Assembly: GCA_964357615.1 (NCBI GenBank)
Contig: CAYHMC010000002.1
Span: 7,481-71,480, forward strand
DNA length: 64,000 nucleotides
Source of the DNA: an uncultured Candidatus Saccharibacteria bacterium
GTDB taxonomy: Bacteria; Patescibacteriota; Minisyncoccia; UBA6257; JACOXY01
Direction: 5' to 3'
Made by a program: the position numbers and the translations under genes. The notes below the pieces were generated by a model, which was not told the origin of the DNA, did not search any database, and worked only from the letters and a program-made list of their open reading frames with translations. The number at the start of each line of letters is the position of its first letter. Position 1 is the first letter of the stretch. Shown here one piece after another: positions 9,775 to 20,461 of this stretch.

Positions 9775-10704
9775 ATGGAAAAGCAAAAAATAATTGTAAT
9801 TCTTGGTCAAACTGCAAGTGGAAAATCTGACTTGGCTGTTCAAATAGCCAAGAAATATAACGGCGAAATAATATCTGCTGATTCAAGACAGGTTTACAAA
9901 GGGCTCGATATTGGAACTGGGAAAATAACAAAGAAAGAAATGGTGGGCATAAAACATTATTGCTTAAGTTATGCCTCGCCAAAGCGCATCCATACGGTCT
10001 CACAATTTATAAAAATTGCAAAAAAAGCCTTGAAAGAAATTTCTACTAAAAATAAATTGCCGATACTTTGCGGTGGAACGGGACTTTATATTGATATATT
10101 ACTAAATGAAATTAATTTACCAGAAGTAAAACCTAATTTAAAATTAAGAAGGAAGCTTGAAAAATGTGATACGATAACTCTTTTTAATAAACTCAAAATA
10201 CTAGATAAACAAAGAGCTGATACTTTACTAAAAAATGGTGGGAACAAGAACAAACGGAGATTAATTAGGGCGCTCGAAATAATTTACGACACAAACAAGC
10301 CTGTGACTTATTTTAAAAATGGAATTCAAAACAGCAATCATAATAAAATAAATTATGCACCATTATATATTGGGATAAATATTTCCGAAAACAAACTTAA
10401 AGATAGAATACACAAAAGACTCATTCAGAGACTTAGGCGTGGATTAATTAAAGAAGTAAATGAGCTACAAGCACAGAAAATTTTAAGTTGGGAAAAACTC
10501 CAAAGCCTAGGATTAGAATATAAATATGTAGCGCTTTACTTAAGTGGAATGATAAATAAAAATGAACTCGCTACGCAATTAGAAAAAGAAATTTGGCGTT
10601 ATGCAAAAAGACAAATGACTTGGTTTAAAAGAAATAAATCAATTAATTGGGTGGGTAATAAAAACGAGGCTTATCGCCTCGTCGCACAATTTTTAAAAAA
10701 GTAA
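9775..10704 (+). CDS. miaA: tRNA dimethylallyltransferase
   Basis: GQTASGKS, ISADSRQVY, GGTGLY, YAKRQMTWF. Confidence 0.97.
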   Translation: MEKQKIIVILGQTASGKSDLAVQIAKKYNGEIISADSRQVYKGLDIGTGKITKKEMVGIKHYCLSYASPKRIHTVSQFIKIAKKALKEISTKNKLPILCGGTGLYIDILLNEINLPEVKPNLKLRRKLEKCDTITLFNKLKILDKQRADTLLKNGGNKNKRRLIRALEIIYDTNKPVTYFKNGIQNSNHNKINYAPLYIGINISENKLKDRIHKRLIQRLRRGLIKEVNELQAQKILSWEKLQSLGLEYKYVALYLSGMINKNELATQLEKEIWRYAKRQMTWFKRNKSINWVGNKNEAYRLVAQFLKK

Positions 10705-10732
10705 AATTAAGAGTATTTAATTTGAGATAATT

Positions 10733-11234
10733 TTATTGCAACCAAATGGGTGGCAAAACAATCTTGCCGTTATTAAAATCTTTAGGCAAAGCAACTCTAT
10801 CGCTTAATGCAATATTATCTTCCCATACCACTTCGATTACCGAGACATCTCTAAATTTAAGGTCGGCATACTTGGCCGCATCACTACGAAATTTACTCAC
10901 TAATAATTCTATTCGTCTCGATCTCTCGCTAATCTCGTTAACTAAAACTGGTTTTCTGTCTTCATATACATAGAATAAATAAAGTTTGCTTGCATCTATA
11001 TGATTGACACCAGTCCATCCTTCACCGCATTCCGAAAGCGGAGAATTTCTTAACATTTTTCTCAAAAGCGGGTAAAGAAAATTAATTTGATGTTCTGGAC
11101 CAAAAAATAATAAGTGGCCATCTTTCCTCGCTTGAAACTGGAGAAACTAAAGTTATTGGACTTTCTGGAAAAACAGCATGCAGGGCGATATATTCGATGT
11201 CGTTAAGTCCTAAAAATTTTCTTAATTCAACCAA
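10733..11234 (-). pseudogene. Hypothetical gene, apparently split by a frameshift
   Basis: 50-aa ORF 11234-11082 (TTG after GAGGT) overlaps a second frame open from 11146 to 10733. Confidence 0.4.
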
Positions 11235-11371
11235 AATATTACCTCATTTTTAAACAAATACTTCCTGAAATATAACAAAAATACGACAAATGACAACCAT
11301 AAAGTTCTTTACAATCTAGAGAAAAAGAAATATACTTTCGGCAGAATTTTTACACAACAAAAGAGAGGGAG

Positions 11372-12940
11372 TTGATGAAAATCAAAACTCGTTACGATGA
11401 GGTAATAATTGGTGGCGGTCACAATGGACTAGTAGCCGCTAATTATCTCGCAAAAAGTGGACGAAGCGTTTTACTGCTTGAAGCTAGGTCAAACCTTGGT
11501 GGCGCAAGCATCTCGAAACAGCTATTTCCAGAATACCCAGTCAGGCCCTCACGCTACTCATATTTAATAAGTTTATTTCCAAGGCAAATTTTTCGTGAAT
11601 TAGGCATTGAAATGAAACTATTAAATTCCGGACCCGAATACATACCATATACGCTAGACGGCGTGCATGACATGCTATCAATCGACGATGATGATTTTAA
11701 TCCAATTGGTTCAAAACATTTTAGAGATATTGCAGAAAATGAGTTTAATGATTTTAAGGCGCCATACAAGGCTGTTGCTCAAATAATTTATCAAACTTTG
11801 ATGGGACCGCTCCCATCACGAGAAACTATAATAAGAAGATTAGAAAAACAGGGTCTTGGACATGCGTGGGAATTACTAACAGAAATTCCACTTGGAATTA
11901 CTTTAGAGCGAAAAATACAAAGCAACACAATGCGTGGCAAGCCACTATTTACTGCGAAGATTGGAACAATAACTAGCGCACACGACCCATCGCTTCAGCA
12001 AAATAAAACAATGTTACTCCACATGATTGGAGGCGAAGGCACTGGCGATTGGTTTGTTCCGGAAGGTGGTATGGAAGCCCTTATCTCAAAACTAGAAGAA
12101 GGGGCACGGAAGTGTAGTTGCGAAATTCTGACAAATGCTTTGGTTACTAGAGTAGATGCAACACGCCATGGCGTAGAGATAGCTTTCGAATATGATGGCA
12201 AGATTTATCACACAACGGCTAGCAATCTTCTTGCAAACTGTAGTGCTCTAACGCTAGCCAACATCATGGGTAGTGAAACATTGAACGATATCGACGATGG
12301 ATCGTCTTCAACAATCAATATGCTACTTAAGAAATTTCCAATATTTAAAGCCCAGGATGTAGATCCCGCAAAATTATTTACAGGATCAATATACTTCAAT
12401 ATTGGATATAATCAGCTTGAATCAAGTGCCGGGGAAGTAGCAAAAGGGAAATTATCACATCAAATTGGTTTTGAGGTAATGTGTCACTCGGCAGTAGATA
12501 GAACTATTTTTGATGAATCAATTAGAGAGTCTGAAATGCAAACAATTAAAATATTTGCGGTGGACACGCCATATAGCATTTGCGCAAAAGATCCAGAAGG
12601 CACCAGAGAGTCAATTCAAAGAAAATGTCTAGCATCAATTAATAGGCACTTGGCTGAACCAATAGAAGATTATATAGCTTTAAAGAGCGATGGAAGCCTA
12701 TGTATAGAAACACTTACTCCCGTTGACCTCGAAAGAGAGGTTGGTCTTCCAAGAGGTCATATATTTCACGAAGATCCAAAATGGCCATTCTTAGATTCGG
12801 GCAATCGAAGAAATATTTGGGGAGTAGAAACTAAATACAATAATGTTTTTATTTGTGGATCATCTGCAATTCGCGGAGGTTGCGTAAGCGGAATTCCTGG
12901 CAGATCGGCTGCCATTAAAATTTTAAATGCCACTCACTAA
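11372..12940 (+). CDS. Phytoene dehydrogenase-like FAD-dependent oxidoreductase
   Basis: IIGGGHNGLVAA Rossmann motif, PEGGM, TPVDLE...GHIFH, GGCVSGIPG. Confidence 0.88.
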   Translation: MMKIKTRYDEVIIGGGHNGLVAANYLAKSGRSVLLLEARSNLGGASISKQLFPEYPVRPSRYSYLISLFPRQIFRELGIEMKLLNSGPEYIPYTLDGVHDMLSIDDDDFNPIGSKHFRDIAENEFNDFKAPYKAVAQIIYQTLMGPLPSRETIIRRLEKQGLGHAWELLTEIPLGITLERKIQSNTMRGKPLFTAKIGTITSAHDPSLQQNKTMLLHMIGGEGTGDWFVPEGGMEALISKLEEGARKCSCEILTNALVTRVDATRHGVEIAFEYDGKIYHTTASNLLANCSALTLANIMGSETLNDIDDGSSSTINMLLKKFPIFKAQDVDPAKLFTGSIYFNIGYNQLESSAGEVAKGKLSHQIGFEVMCHSAVDRTIFDESIRESEMQTIKIFAVDTPYSICAKDPEGTRESIQRKCLASINRHLAEPIEDYIALKSDGSLCIETLTPVDLEREVGLPRGHIFHEDPKWPFLDSGNRRNIWGVETKYNNVFICGSSAIRGGCVSGIPGRSAAIKILNATH

Positions 12941-12999
12941 TTTTTGAGTGGTTTTTTATTAATAGAAATAAAATAAAAACTCCGACATAATAGTCGGAG
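12930..12999. terminator. Two back-to-back terminators for convergent genes
   Basis: CCACTCA/TGAGTGG plus T-tract (+) and CTCCGAC/GTCGGAG plus T-tract (-). Confidence 0.65.
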
Positions 13000-13022
13000 C
13001 GTAATACATTATTTTATTAAAA

Positions 13023-14519
13023 CTAAGAAAGTATTTTGGCGTCCTTAGGCGATTTAGCGCTAAATCCCTTTTCATTAAAAATTAATACTTTACGGTCGCC
13101 AGAAATATTTGTTTCTAGACAAACAGTGCCTTTCCACAAAAAATGAATAAGTTCCATTGTTTTTTTAGCATAATCAATTAATAAATCTCTACCATCATGG
13201 TCATGCGAAAGATAAAGCATACGACTACCACCCACATTCCCATCTACAACTTTAATAACTGGAATTCCATTTGTACCAATGTTTTTAAGAAGAGTATCTT
13301 TGATTTTCTTAGCACCACTTACACCTGCGACTTCAGAAACAATCATCTTGTCGTCTTTTGCGCGCCACTCAAATAAATCAAGCTCACGAATAAGGTTTTC
13401 GTTTAAAAATCTTCGGAGAAATGAGATGTCGCGATCAGCACTACGAACTTCAAATATTTTTTGTCGTCCAGTTAGTTTTCCTAAATCTCCTGGAGCGCCG
13501 TTACAATCGTATTCAATTTGATGGTCCTCACAAATCTTACCAGTCATTGCCTCGTCATATCTATGACAAACATCTGTCCAGACTGCAAGTCCAACATGAT
13601 ATGGGTTTAATCCGTTTTTTATTGGTCTAACAACCTGATTGTGCCTTACCATAAACTCCATCATTTGCCCTTCTGGTAATTTTCCTTCATTTGCAAGTGC
13701 AACTAAAATTTCTCTGTGCCAATAACTTGCCCAACCTTCATTCATTATCTTGGTATCAATTTGAGGAATAAAATATTGCGCTTCTTCGTGGACTATCTGC
13801 AATAACTTTTTCTGCCAATCTTTTAAGAATGGATTGTGGTTAGCAATAAAAAGTAAAATATCTTCATCTGGAACTGGAGGAACTCTTTGAAGATCTGGTT
13901 CGATAAATTCTTCCCGTTTGTGAAGCCTGAAAAATGGGTCGTTTTTGGGTTGTGCAATATCAAACAATCTATCCCGCTCTTCTTTTATAGAGAGCTTTTT
14001 TATACCCAAATTCCTTCTACACTGAAGGGATAAAGCATGAGCGGCATCAAGAGTTTGCTCAACTGCCTCTGCGCCAATTGATGGATCTTCGCAAAATTTT
14101 CTCACAAGATTTGCATGCGCCTTAAACTTTGAAAGAGTATTATGAGCTTCAGTGCTCTGAAATGTGAAATTATTTTTAAAGAAATCGTTGTGTCCATATA
14201 CATGCGCAATAGTCAAAATCTGAAGACATAACGAATTATCTCTCATTAAATATGCAATCGCTGGGTCTGAATTGATGACCATTTCGTATGGAAGTCCGGA
14301 AATGCCATAATCGTACATCGTTTTAGTTCTTTCGTACGCTTTGCCGTATGACCAATGTGGATAATGGCTTGGAATGCCAGAATACGCCATAAAACCCAGC
14401 ATTTCGCTTTGGTCACAAATATGGAATTCTTGTTCATAACAATCAAGTCCAAATTCTTTAGCCTTAGAAAATGCATTAGAATCCCAATATTCCAAATCAT
14501 CTACATTCCAATCGGTCAT
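13023..14519 (-). CDS. spoVR: SpoVR/YcgB family protein
   Basis: HYPHWSYGK, YEMVINSDP, AHVYGHNDFFKNN, TKIMNEGWASYWH, NPYHVG. Confidence 0.94.
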   Translation of the reverse strand: MTDWNVDDLEYWDSNAFSKAKEFGLDCYEQEFHICDQSEMLGFMAYSGIPSHYPHWSYGKAYERTKTMYDYGISGLPYEMVINSDPAIAYLMRDNSLCLQILTIAHVYGHNDFFKNNFTFQSTEAHNTLSKFKAHANLVRKFCEDPSIGAEAVEQTLDAAHALSLQCRRNLGIKKLSIKEERDRLFDIAQPKNDPFFRLHKREEFIEPDLQRVPPVPDEDILLFIANHNPFLKDWQKKLLQIVHEEAQYFIPQIDTKIMNEGWASYWHREILVALANEGKLPEGQMMEFMVRHNQVVRPIKNGLNPYHVGLAVWTDVCHRYDEAMTGKICEDHQIEYDCNGAPGDLGKLTGRQKIFEVRSADRDISFLRRFLNENLIRELDLFEWRAKDDKMIVSEVAGVSGAKKIKDTLLKNIGTNGIPVIKVVDGNVGGSRMLYLSHDHDGRDLLIDYAKKTMELIHFLWKGTVCLETNISGDRKVLIFNEKGFSAKSPKDAKILS

Positions 14520-15805
14520 TTTGTTACCTCCTTAGTGAGCAACTGCCTAAAAGATTCCCAAACATCTTCTTTTTTAACTATAGATACTGCCTCAAAGTTA
14601 TCTGCTTTTAACTTCTTAAAAATTTCAAACATAGATGATTCATAGCTTCTATTGGTTGGCTTAATTTCTCCATAACCAAAAAGGTTAGCTACACTACAAA
14701 GCTTTTCCGCGGCCTTAAGCGTTGCCTCATTATCAGATTCATGATTATCACCATCTGAACAATGAAATGCGTAGATATTCCAAAGTGATGGATGATAGCG
14801 GTCGGCAATAATTTCTAAAGCTTTTACATAAGCCGACGAAATAAATGTTCCACCTGACTCACCTTTCGTAAAGAATTCTTGTTCAGTTACTTCTTTTGCT
14901 TCTGTATGATGTGCAATAAAAACAATTTCTACTTTTTGATACTTTGTTTTGATAAATTGAAAAAGTAAAAAGAAAAATGATCTCGCTAAATATTTCTTCA
15001 TTGTATCCATTGACCCAGAAGTATCCATCATACATATAACTACTGCATTTGATTCTTCTTTCGTCTTAGGCACAAAGTGCCTATAAACAAGGTCATCAGT
15101 GTGAAATGGGAATCTCTTTTTCCCAGATATTAAATCACTATGAGTTTCATAACGCTTTTCAAGCGCCTTTATTGATTCCCTAGCTTTTTTAGCATGCTCA
15201 TCACTTCCCGTTGCGATTGCAAGACCAATTTCCTCAACAATCTTTCTTTCATTTCCATGAATTGAGTCTGTCGTAAGTCTTCTCTTTATGCGAGCTATCG
15301 CTGATTTCTTTTTATCTAGACGAGCCCTAATTCCCTTTTTGCGATTTCCTTTATGTTTTCTAGTGCGCTGTGATTCAATCATGCGCAATGCTTTTCTCTC
15401 CATTTCGGGTAATTCAAGATCATCAAACATTATCCCTATTAATTCCTCAAGCGTAATTTCAGTTTCATAATATTCTGCTCCCGGCTCATCACCAGCCTCA
15501 CCTTCCCCACTTTTTCCTTCTTTAGGTATTTTTCCAACAACATCGCCAGGCGAAGCTGAACCCTTGCCATCGCCCTGCGCAACACCGCCACTGTTATCAC
15601 CATAAGAAAATCTATATTCTTTTATGCCACGAACAGGAACTTTAATTATTTTATCCGAGCTTCTTCCAATTATTGATTCTTCAGAAATTATATCGGCAAT
15701 ATTTTTTTGAATCGACTCTCGAATTTTCTGTCTATGTCGCGTCCTATCTCCTGCGCTACGATCACTTTTTTGAGCTATTGGTGTTTCACTATGAAAAATA
15801 GCCAT
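14516..15805 (-). CDS. yeaH: YeaH/YhbH (DUF444) vWA-domain protein
   Basis: MMDTSGSM MIDAS, ESGGTFISS, FHCSDGDN; ATGA overlap with spoVR. Confidence 0.93.
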   Translation of the reverse strand: MAIFHSETPIAQKSDRSAGDRTRHRQKIRESIQKNIADIISEESIIGRSSDKIIKVPVRGIKEYRFSYGDNSGGVAQGDGKGSASPGDVVGKIPKEGKSGEGEAGDEPGAEYYETEITLEELIGIMFDDLELPEMERKALRMIESQRTRKHKGNRKKGIRARLDKKKSAIARIKRRLTTDSIHGNERKIVEEIGLAIATGSDEHAKKARESIKALEKRYETHSDLISGKKRFPFHTDDLVYRHFVPKTKEESNAVVICMMDTSGSMDTMKKYLARSFFFLLFQFIKTKYQKVEIVFIAHHTEAKEVTEQEFFTKGESGGTFISSAYVKALEIIADRYHPSLWNIYAFHCSDGDNHESDNEATLKAAEKLCSVANLFGYGEIKPTNRSYESSMFEIFKKLKADNFEAVSIVKKEDVWESFRQLLTKEVTK

Positions 15806-15912
15806 TTTTTGTTATCCAGTTTTAAACAACTGTTTACACCGTAACAAAATTATATGGCGTTAGTCAAAGGTGAATAAATCTTAAAATAATTCGTTGCTTT
15901 TTTGAATAAAAT

Positions 15913-15937
15913 AAAAAACCGAGATTTAAACCTCGGT
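15913..15937 (-). terminator. Terminator-like hairpin between prkA and yeaH
   Basis: ACCGAG/CTCGGT stem followed by T-tract on minus strand. Confidence 0.55.
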
Positions 15938-15964
15938 ATATTTCAAATTAAATGGAAGATTGAA

Positions 15965-17896
15965 TTAATCCTTCCAAAGATTATTAGCAGCATATTTCAA
16001 GACTACATCAACGCATGTCTTACAATAACCATTCTCAATCATATTTGTAACCATAGTATCGTATTTTTCTGTTTGCTCTTCATCTCTAGTTCGCGCTTTT
16101 GTGATAATGCGACAAATATCACGAACTGATGTCATAAGCTTCTTCTCTATAGCCTCCCTAAGTGGCTCATAGCTCTTAAATGAGAGCTTATCGCCTCTTC
16201 GGGTTACACTCCAAAGATAAGCAATGACCTCTTGCCGAAATCCATCAGCAGCAGAACCAATAATCGCAATCTGTTCTTCGATTGATTTTAGGAGGCCTTC
16301 ATCTGGCTGGAGTTCTTCTTTGGTGTTCTTGTCCTTAACTTTAGTCTTATTAACATAAGCTTCGGCGTGATCAAGATAATTTTGAAAAAGCGAATCGGCT
16401 TGTTCCTGATATGCAAAAACGAAAGATTTTGTAATTTCTTTTTCTAAAATATCTAGATATTCTTTATGCACTATATTCTGTAAGAGTTCTAAATATACTT
16501 TTCTTGTATCGTCCGGCAAATCGGCTTCTTTTACCATAGCAAGAAGAGCTTCGCGAACATTAATAGGATTTATGCACGCTCCATCAATATTGTCTGACAA
16601 TGCATTGTCCAGCGCCTTCATAATAAAGCGAGTTGAAATTCCATTCATGCCTTCGCGCTTGGTATCTTCTTTAAGTTCACGCACATCAATTTTTTTAGTT
16701 TTTCCTTTTTCGACAACTTCTTCGCCGTTATAAAGCTTCAATTTTGTAAGGATGTCGCACTTATTACTTGCCTCAAGACGAGATAGAATAGCGAACATAG
16801 ATGCAATCTCTAAGGTATGCGGAGCAACATGTGCCCGAAAACTAGATTTCTTTATAACCTTTTGATAAATCTTTACCTCTTCTGATAATCGAAGATTATA
16901 AGGCACCTTAACGACCACAACGCGGTCAAGCAAAGCTTCATTTGTGTGATCTGCTTTAAATTTTTGCCATTCGGCTTCATTTGAATGTGCGATAATTGCA
17001 GCATCAACATAAATCATACCGTGCCTACCGGGCGCAGGAATAATTTTCTCTTGCGTAGCAGTAATCATTGCATGAAGATATTCAGTTTCGTTTTTAAATA
17101 CCTCAATAAATTCCACCATACCTCGATTGCCGACATTTAACGCGCCGTTTAGATCAAGAACTCTTGGATCGCCTTCTGGATAAGTATCCAGCTTTGAAAT
17201 ATCTTCCGAGCCAATCAAAACAGAAGTGTCTTGATTATTAGGATCAACTGGTGGGACAATTCCGATACCAATACGATTACGCTTAGAAAAATTTAATTTA
17301 ACAACGGGCATTTCTTCATACCTACCCCCATGAACATCTTTTAACTTAAAACGACATACGGGACAAAGATCACCTTCAATAGTGACATTCAGATATTCAC
17401 AAAATTGTTTCTGTAAATGCCTTGGAACAAGATGAAGTGGCTCTTCGTGCATTGGGCAACCTTCAATTGCATAGAACGCATTTGATTCAAGACCAGACTT
17501 TATCTTTTCTGCTAAAGAACTTTTGCCAGAACCAACAGGTCCCATAAAATAAAGAACTTGCCGAGATTCCTCGCCTCTTAAAGAAGCTGCATGGAAATAT
17601 CTCACTATCTGACTAATTGGTTTTTCCATACCAAAAAACTCATCACGGAAAAAATTAAAAATTTTTATTTCTTCATCTTTGAATTGCTTTTTAAGACCAC
17701 GGTCACCGCGTTCATTACCGCTTACTGAGCCATCTTTAACAATGATGTCGTAAATTCTGGCATGCGAAAGACTAACAATACTTGGATTTTCCTTAACAAC
17801 TTCCAAATATTGTAAAAAAGTTCCCTTCCAAGACTTTCGTTCTTTATTTTTATGATCTTCACGAATAAGTGACTCCAGATGACCAGATTCACTCAT
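15965..17896 (-). CDS. prkA: PrkA/YeaG AAA+ ATPase (annotated serine kinase family)
   Basis: GPVGSGKSS, CPMHEEPL, GNRGMVEFIE, NEALLDR, EGMNGISTRF. Confidence 0.95.
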   Translation of the reverse strand: MSESGHLESLIREDHKNKERKSWKGTFLQYLEVVKENPSIVSLSHARIYDIIVKDGSVSGNERGDRGLKKQFKDEEIKIFNFFRDEFFGMEKPISQIVRYFHAASLRGEESRQVLYFMGPVGSGKSSLAEKIKSGLESNAFYAIEGCPMHEEPLHLVPRHLQKQFCEYLNVTIEGDLCPVCRFKLKDVHGGRYEEMPVVKLNFSKRNRIGIGIVPPVDPNNQDTSVLIGSEDISKLDTYPEGDPRVLDLNGALNVGNRGMVEFIEVFKNETEYLHAMITATQEKIIPAPGRHGMIYVDAAIIAHSNEAEWQKFKADHTNEALLDRVVVVKVPYNLRLSEEVKIYQKVIKKSSFRAHVAPHTLEIASMFAILSRLEASNKCDILTKLKLYNGEEVVEKGKTKKIDVRELKEDTKREGMNGISTRFIMKALDNALSDNIDGACINPINVREALLAMVKEADLPDDTRKVYLELLQNIVHKEYLDILEKEITKSFVFAYQEQADSLFQNYLDHAEAYVNKTKVKDKNTKEELQPDEGLLKSIEEQIAIIGSAADGFRQEVIAYLWSVTRRGDKLSFKSYEPLREAIEKKLMTSVRDICRIITKARTRDEEQTEKYDTMVTNMIENGYCKTCVDVVLKYAANNLWKD

Positions 17897-17942
17897 AATA
17901 CTTCCTTCCTTTTGTGCTTGTCGAATTTAAAATACTACAAAC

Positions 17943-17971
17943 ACTATTGCAAAGAGGATGCTATATGTCAA
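17943..17971 (-). promoter_or_regulatory. Putative promoter of prkA
   Basis: TTGACA-17 bp-AATAGT; GGAAGGAAG SD-like before ATG. Confidence 0.5.
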
Positions 17972-18001
17972 CTTAAACAATTCTAAAATAAATGATTATT
18001 A

Positions 18002-20317
18002 CTACAAAGATGGATAACCTGCAAAATCATCTACATAAGTATCTATTGTTCTTGTTGGGTCAGTATCTAAAACACCAAACATCCATCTATTTTCTTGACT
18101 ATTGTACCATGAAGGAGTGCACGTTGACGGAGCTGAATATGATGTTTGAGCTATAATAGGTGTACCTGATTGCTCTAAATCTTTCAAAGTTCCCGCAATA
18201 TCAAGCCCCATATCATTACGCTGAACAATTTGTGCGCTTAATCTATACCAGCGACCTGCATAAAATCCACCAGAAATTGGAGAGAAGTTAAATAAATTAT
18301 TTGAAGAACTATCACAGCCAGCCGGTTGACCATTCATATCAAGGTTATCTGTATACTTTTGAAATTGAATTACTATCCTTCCAGCATTGCCGGCATCGTG
18401 AAATATATCAGCTCCAATCCTACCTAAGACATCAACAGTATATGGTTCTCCAGTAATTGGTCTTCTGTAAGCCGGAAAAAGTGCTAAATGATTCCAACCT
18501 GCAAAACTAGAACTTGGTATCATAAAAGAAACTTCTGCCGTTCTTAAGTTGGGATATGGAGTATTTTTATACCACTCCATAGCCACACCATTATTTGTTG
18601 AGCTTGTAACAATTAACGCAGACTTTCCATTGCTAAGAGATGATCCATTACAAACCGGGTGCACTGATGGCTCTACTGTTGCGTCAAACCATTTGCCCCA
18701 ACGCCTTGTCCATAAACCGCCGGTTGTTGAAAGATTTGAGTCGCACACTGAACTTAACTGTGGCGTTACCTGCACAATATTTAGAGCTGAGCTACTACCC
18801 TCTGGAACCCATCCAACAATACCAGCGCCAATAAATTCTACCCTCCACCACTTCATATCTCCTGGTGTTATTGGACCCTCTCTAACTATGCCCTGCGTAT
18901 TTGCACCAACAGTTCCAACAATGGTCTGACCACCAGGAATGGATTTCACGCTAAGACTTGGAACTCCAACACGAACATATTGACCAATAGCTACTGGTGA
19001 AATATTGGATAAATAATTTTCAATAGAATAACCATTAATTCCATTAATTGCGGCACTCCAATTTAATATTCTCCAGTTACTACCTTCATTAGGTATACTC
19101 ACGCTATTCACAGTTCCTAAATTATCTGAAGCTACAACACCAACTATGGGACTAGATAGTGACGCACTTGCACGTATATTTAAAATAGGGACATTTGGTC
19201 TAATACGATCTCCAACTAAAATAGAAATTTGCGGTGTAGGTGTTGGCAAAGAACCAACAGTAAAATATTTTGGTCCGGCAAAAGTCATTCTTTCGCCATT
19301 CAAATCGAAAACTTCAGCAAAAAAAGTATGAGCTCCCTTTACGGTAGATGTTGTTATTGGAACAGAAAAACTATAAGGATAGGTCGCATCATCACTAATT
19401 GGCACTACTGTATCTCCACCAGAAAATTGAACACGACTAACTTGATTAGTTCCGGTAATTGTTATACCCCCTATTAATGTTTGGCCAGGATAAATAGTGC
19501 TTGAATTTGTAGTGAGAGTATAAGTAATTGGAGTTGGGATCGGTGTTGGAGATGGAGATAAAATTATCAATGTAAAAATTGTAGACCTAGAAATAGTGCT
19601 ATCGTTATTTTTTGTATTAACAGCAATATTATAGGTTCCGGGAGATGCCGATGCAGATATGTGTAAACCCATAATAATCACACAACTAGGCTGTGGCACA
19701 CAGTAGATTAATCTATTGCCTATAACTGTATCTGCTGTTACGCCACTTGGTAGACCACTAACAGAATTAACATAGACTTGCTCAGAGCCAGACCCATAAG
19801 ATGCAATGGAATTTACATTGATACTAACAGACGCGTTACTTGGTCGTGCCATTGTAATTGAATTTGGAGTTATTGTGGCTGTGTATGTATATACATCAGA
19901 AGCTAAATTAGAATAAGGCGAATAGGAAATAGAAGCTCCAGAACCAGAGTAGGCACGCATCCTATAGCAATAAGCATAAGTATTACTTGGAATATCATTT
20001 GAGCGTGAGCGAGTTGATTTACTTGTTATACTTTCAACCACTACAAATCCTGAAGCACAAGTATTGTCTGATGTTCTTTCTATTTTGAATCCCGAGTGTG
20101 CAGTTCCTGAATATTGCCAGTCAAGCCTTATGCGAGAAGAAGAGGTTCTTCTTGCTGTAAGATTTATGGGAGCAGATAGAGTAGTCTGAGGGACAATTTG
20201 GGTAAGAAGATTATTTGATACCCCGTTCACACCAAGATCTATAAAAATTATAAAAAAGGCGACACCAAAAGTAACCATTATGAATCTTGTAAATCCTATA
20301 TGCGTTTTTTTAAACAT
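18002..20317 (-). CDS. Large exported multidomain protein (FN3, Ig-like, two SH3b-like repeats, beta-rich C-terminus)
   Basis: N-terminal TM, APINLTA...LDWQ...YCYRMRAY...SPYSN (FN3), PT-rich linkers, LNIRASAS and WWRVEF...GWV. Confidence 0.75.
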   Translation of the reverse strand: MFKKTHIGFTRFIMVTFGVAFFIIFIDLGVNGVSNNLLTQIVPQTTLSAPINLTARRTSSSRIRLDWQYSGTAHSGFKIERTSDNTCASGFVVVESITSKSTRSRSNDIPSNTYAYCYRMRAYSGSGASISYSPYSNLASDVYTYTATITPNSITMARPSNASVSINVNSIASYGSGSEQVYVNSVSGLPSGVTADTVIGNRLIYCVPQPSCVIIMGLHISASASPGTYNIAVNTKNNDSTISRSTIFTLIILSPSPTPIPTPITYTLTTNSSTIYPGQTLIGGITITGTNQVSRVQFSGGDTVVPISDDATYPYSFSVPITTSTVKGAHTFFAEVFDLNGERMTFAGPKYFTVGSLPTPTPQISILVGDRIRPNVPILNIRASASLSSPIVGVVASDNLGTVNSVSIPNEGSNWRILNWSAAINGINGYSIENYLSNISPVAIGQYVRVGVPSLSVKSIPGGQTIVGTVGANTQGIVREGPITPGDMKWWRVEFIGAGIVGWVPEGSSSALNIVQVTPQLSSVCDSNLSTTGGLWTRRWGKWFDATVEPSVHPVCNGSSLSNGKSALIVTSSTNNGVAMEWYKNTPYPNLRTAEVSFMIPSSSFAGWNHLALFPAYRRPITGEPYTVDVLGRIGADIFHDAGNAGRIVIQFQKYTDNLDMNGQPAGCDSSSNNLFNFSPISGGFYAGRWYRLSAQIVQRNDMGLDIAGTLKDLEQSGTPIIAQTSYSAPSTCTPSWYNSQENRWMFGVLDTDPTRTIDTYVDDFAGYPSL

Positions 20318-20461
20318 AAAAAAGTTTATAAAGACATTAGCTACGACAATTATTTAAGATTAATACTTAAATACTACCATTATATATAACAATGGTAGTT
20401 GTGAATAAGTTTAATGAGGTAAATAATTATTAAAGACAATTATAACTAAACAGCCCTTCAG

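Noticed and set aside
20372-20399. ACTACCATT/AATGGTAGT inverted repeat between gatB and the surface protein gene
   Set aside because: Could be a weak terminator or an operator; cannot be distinguished from sequence alone
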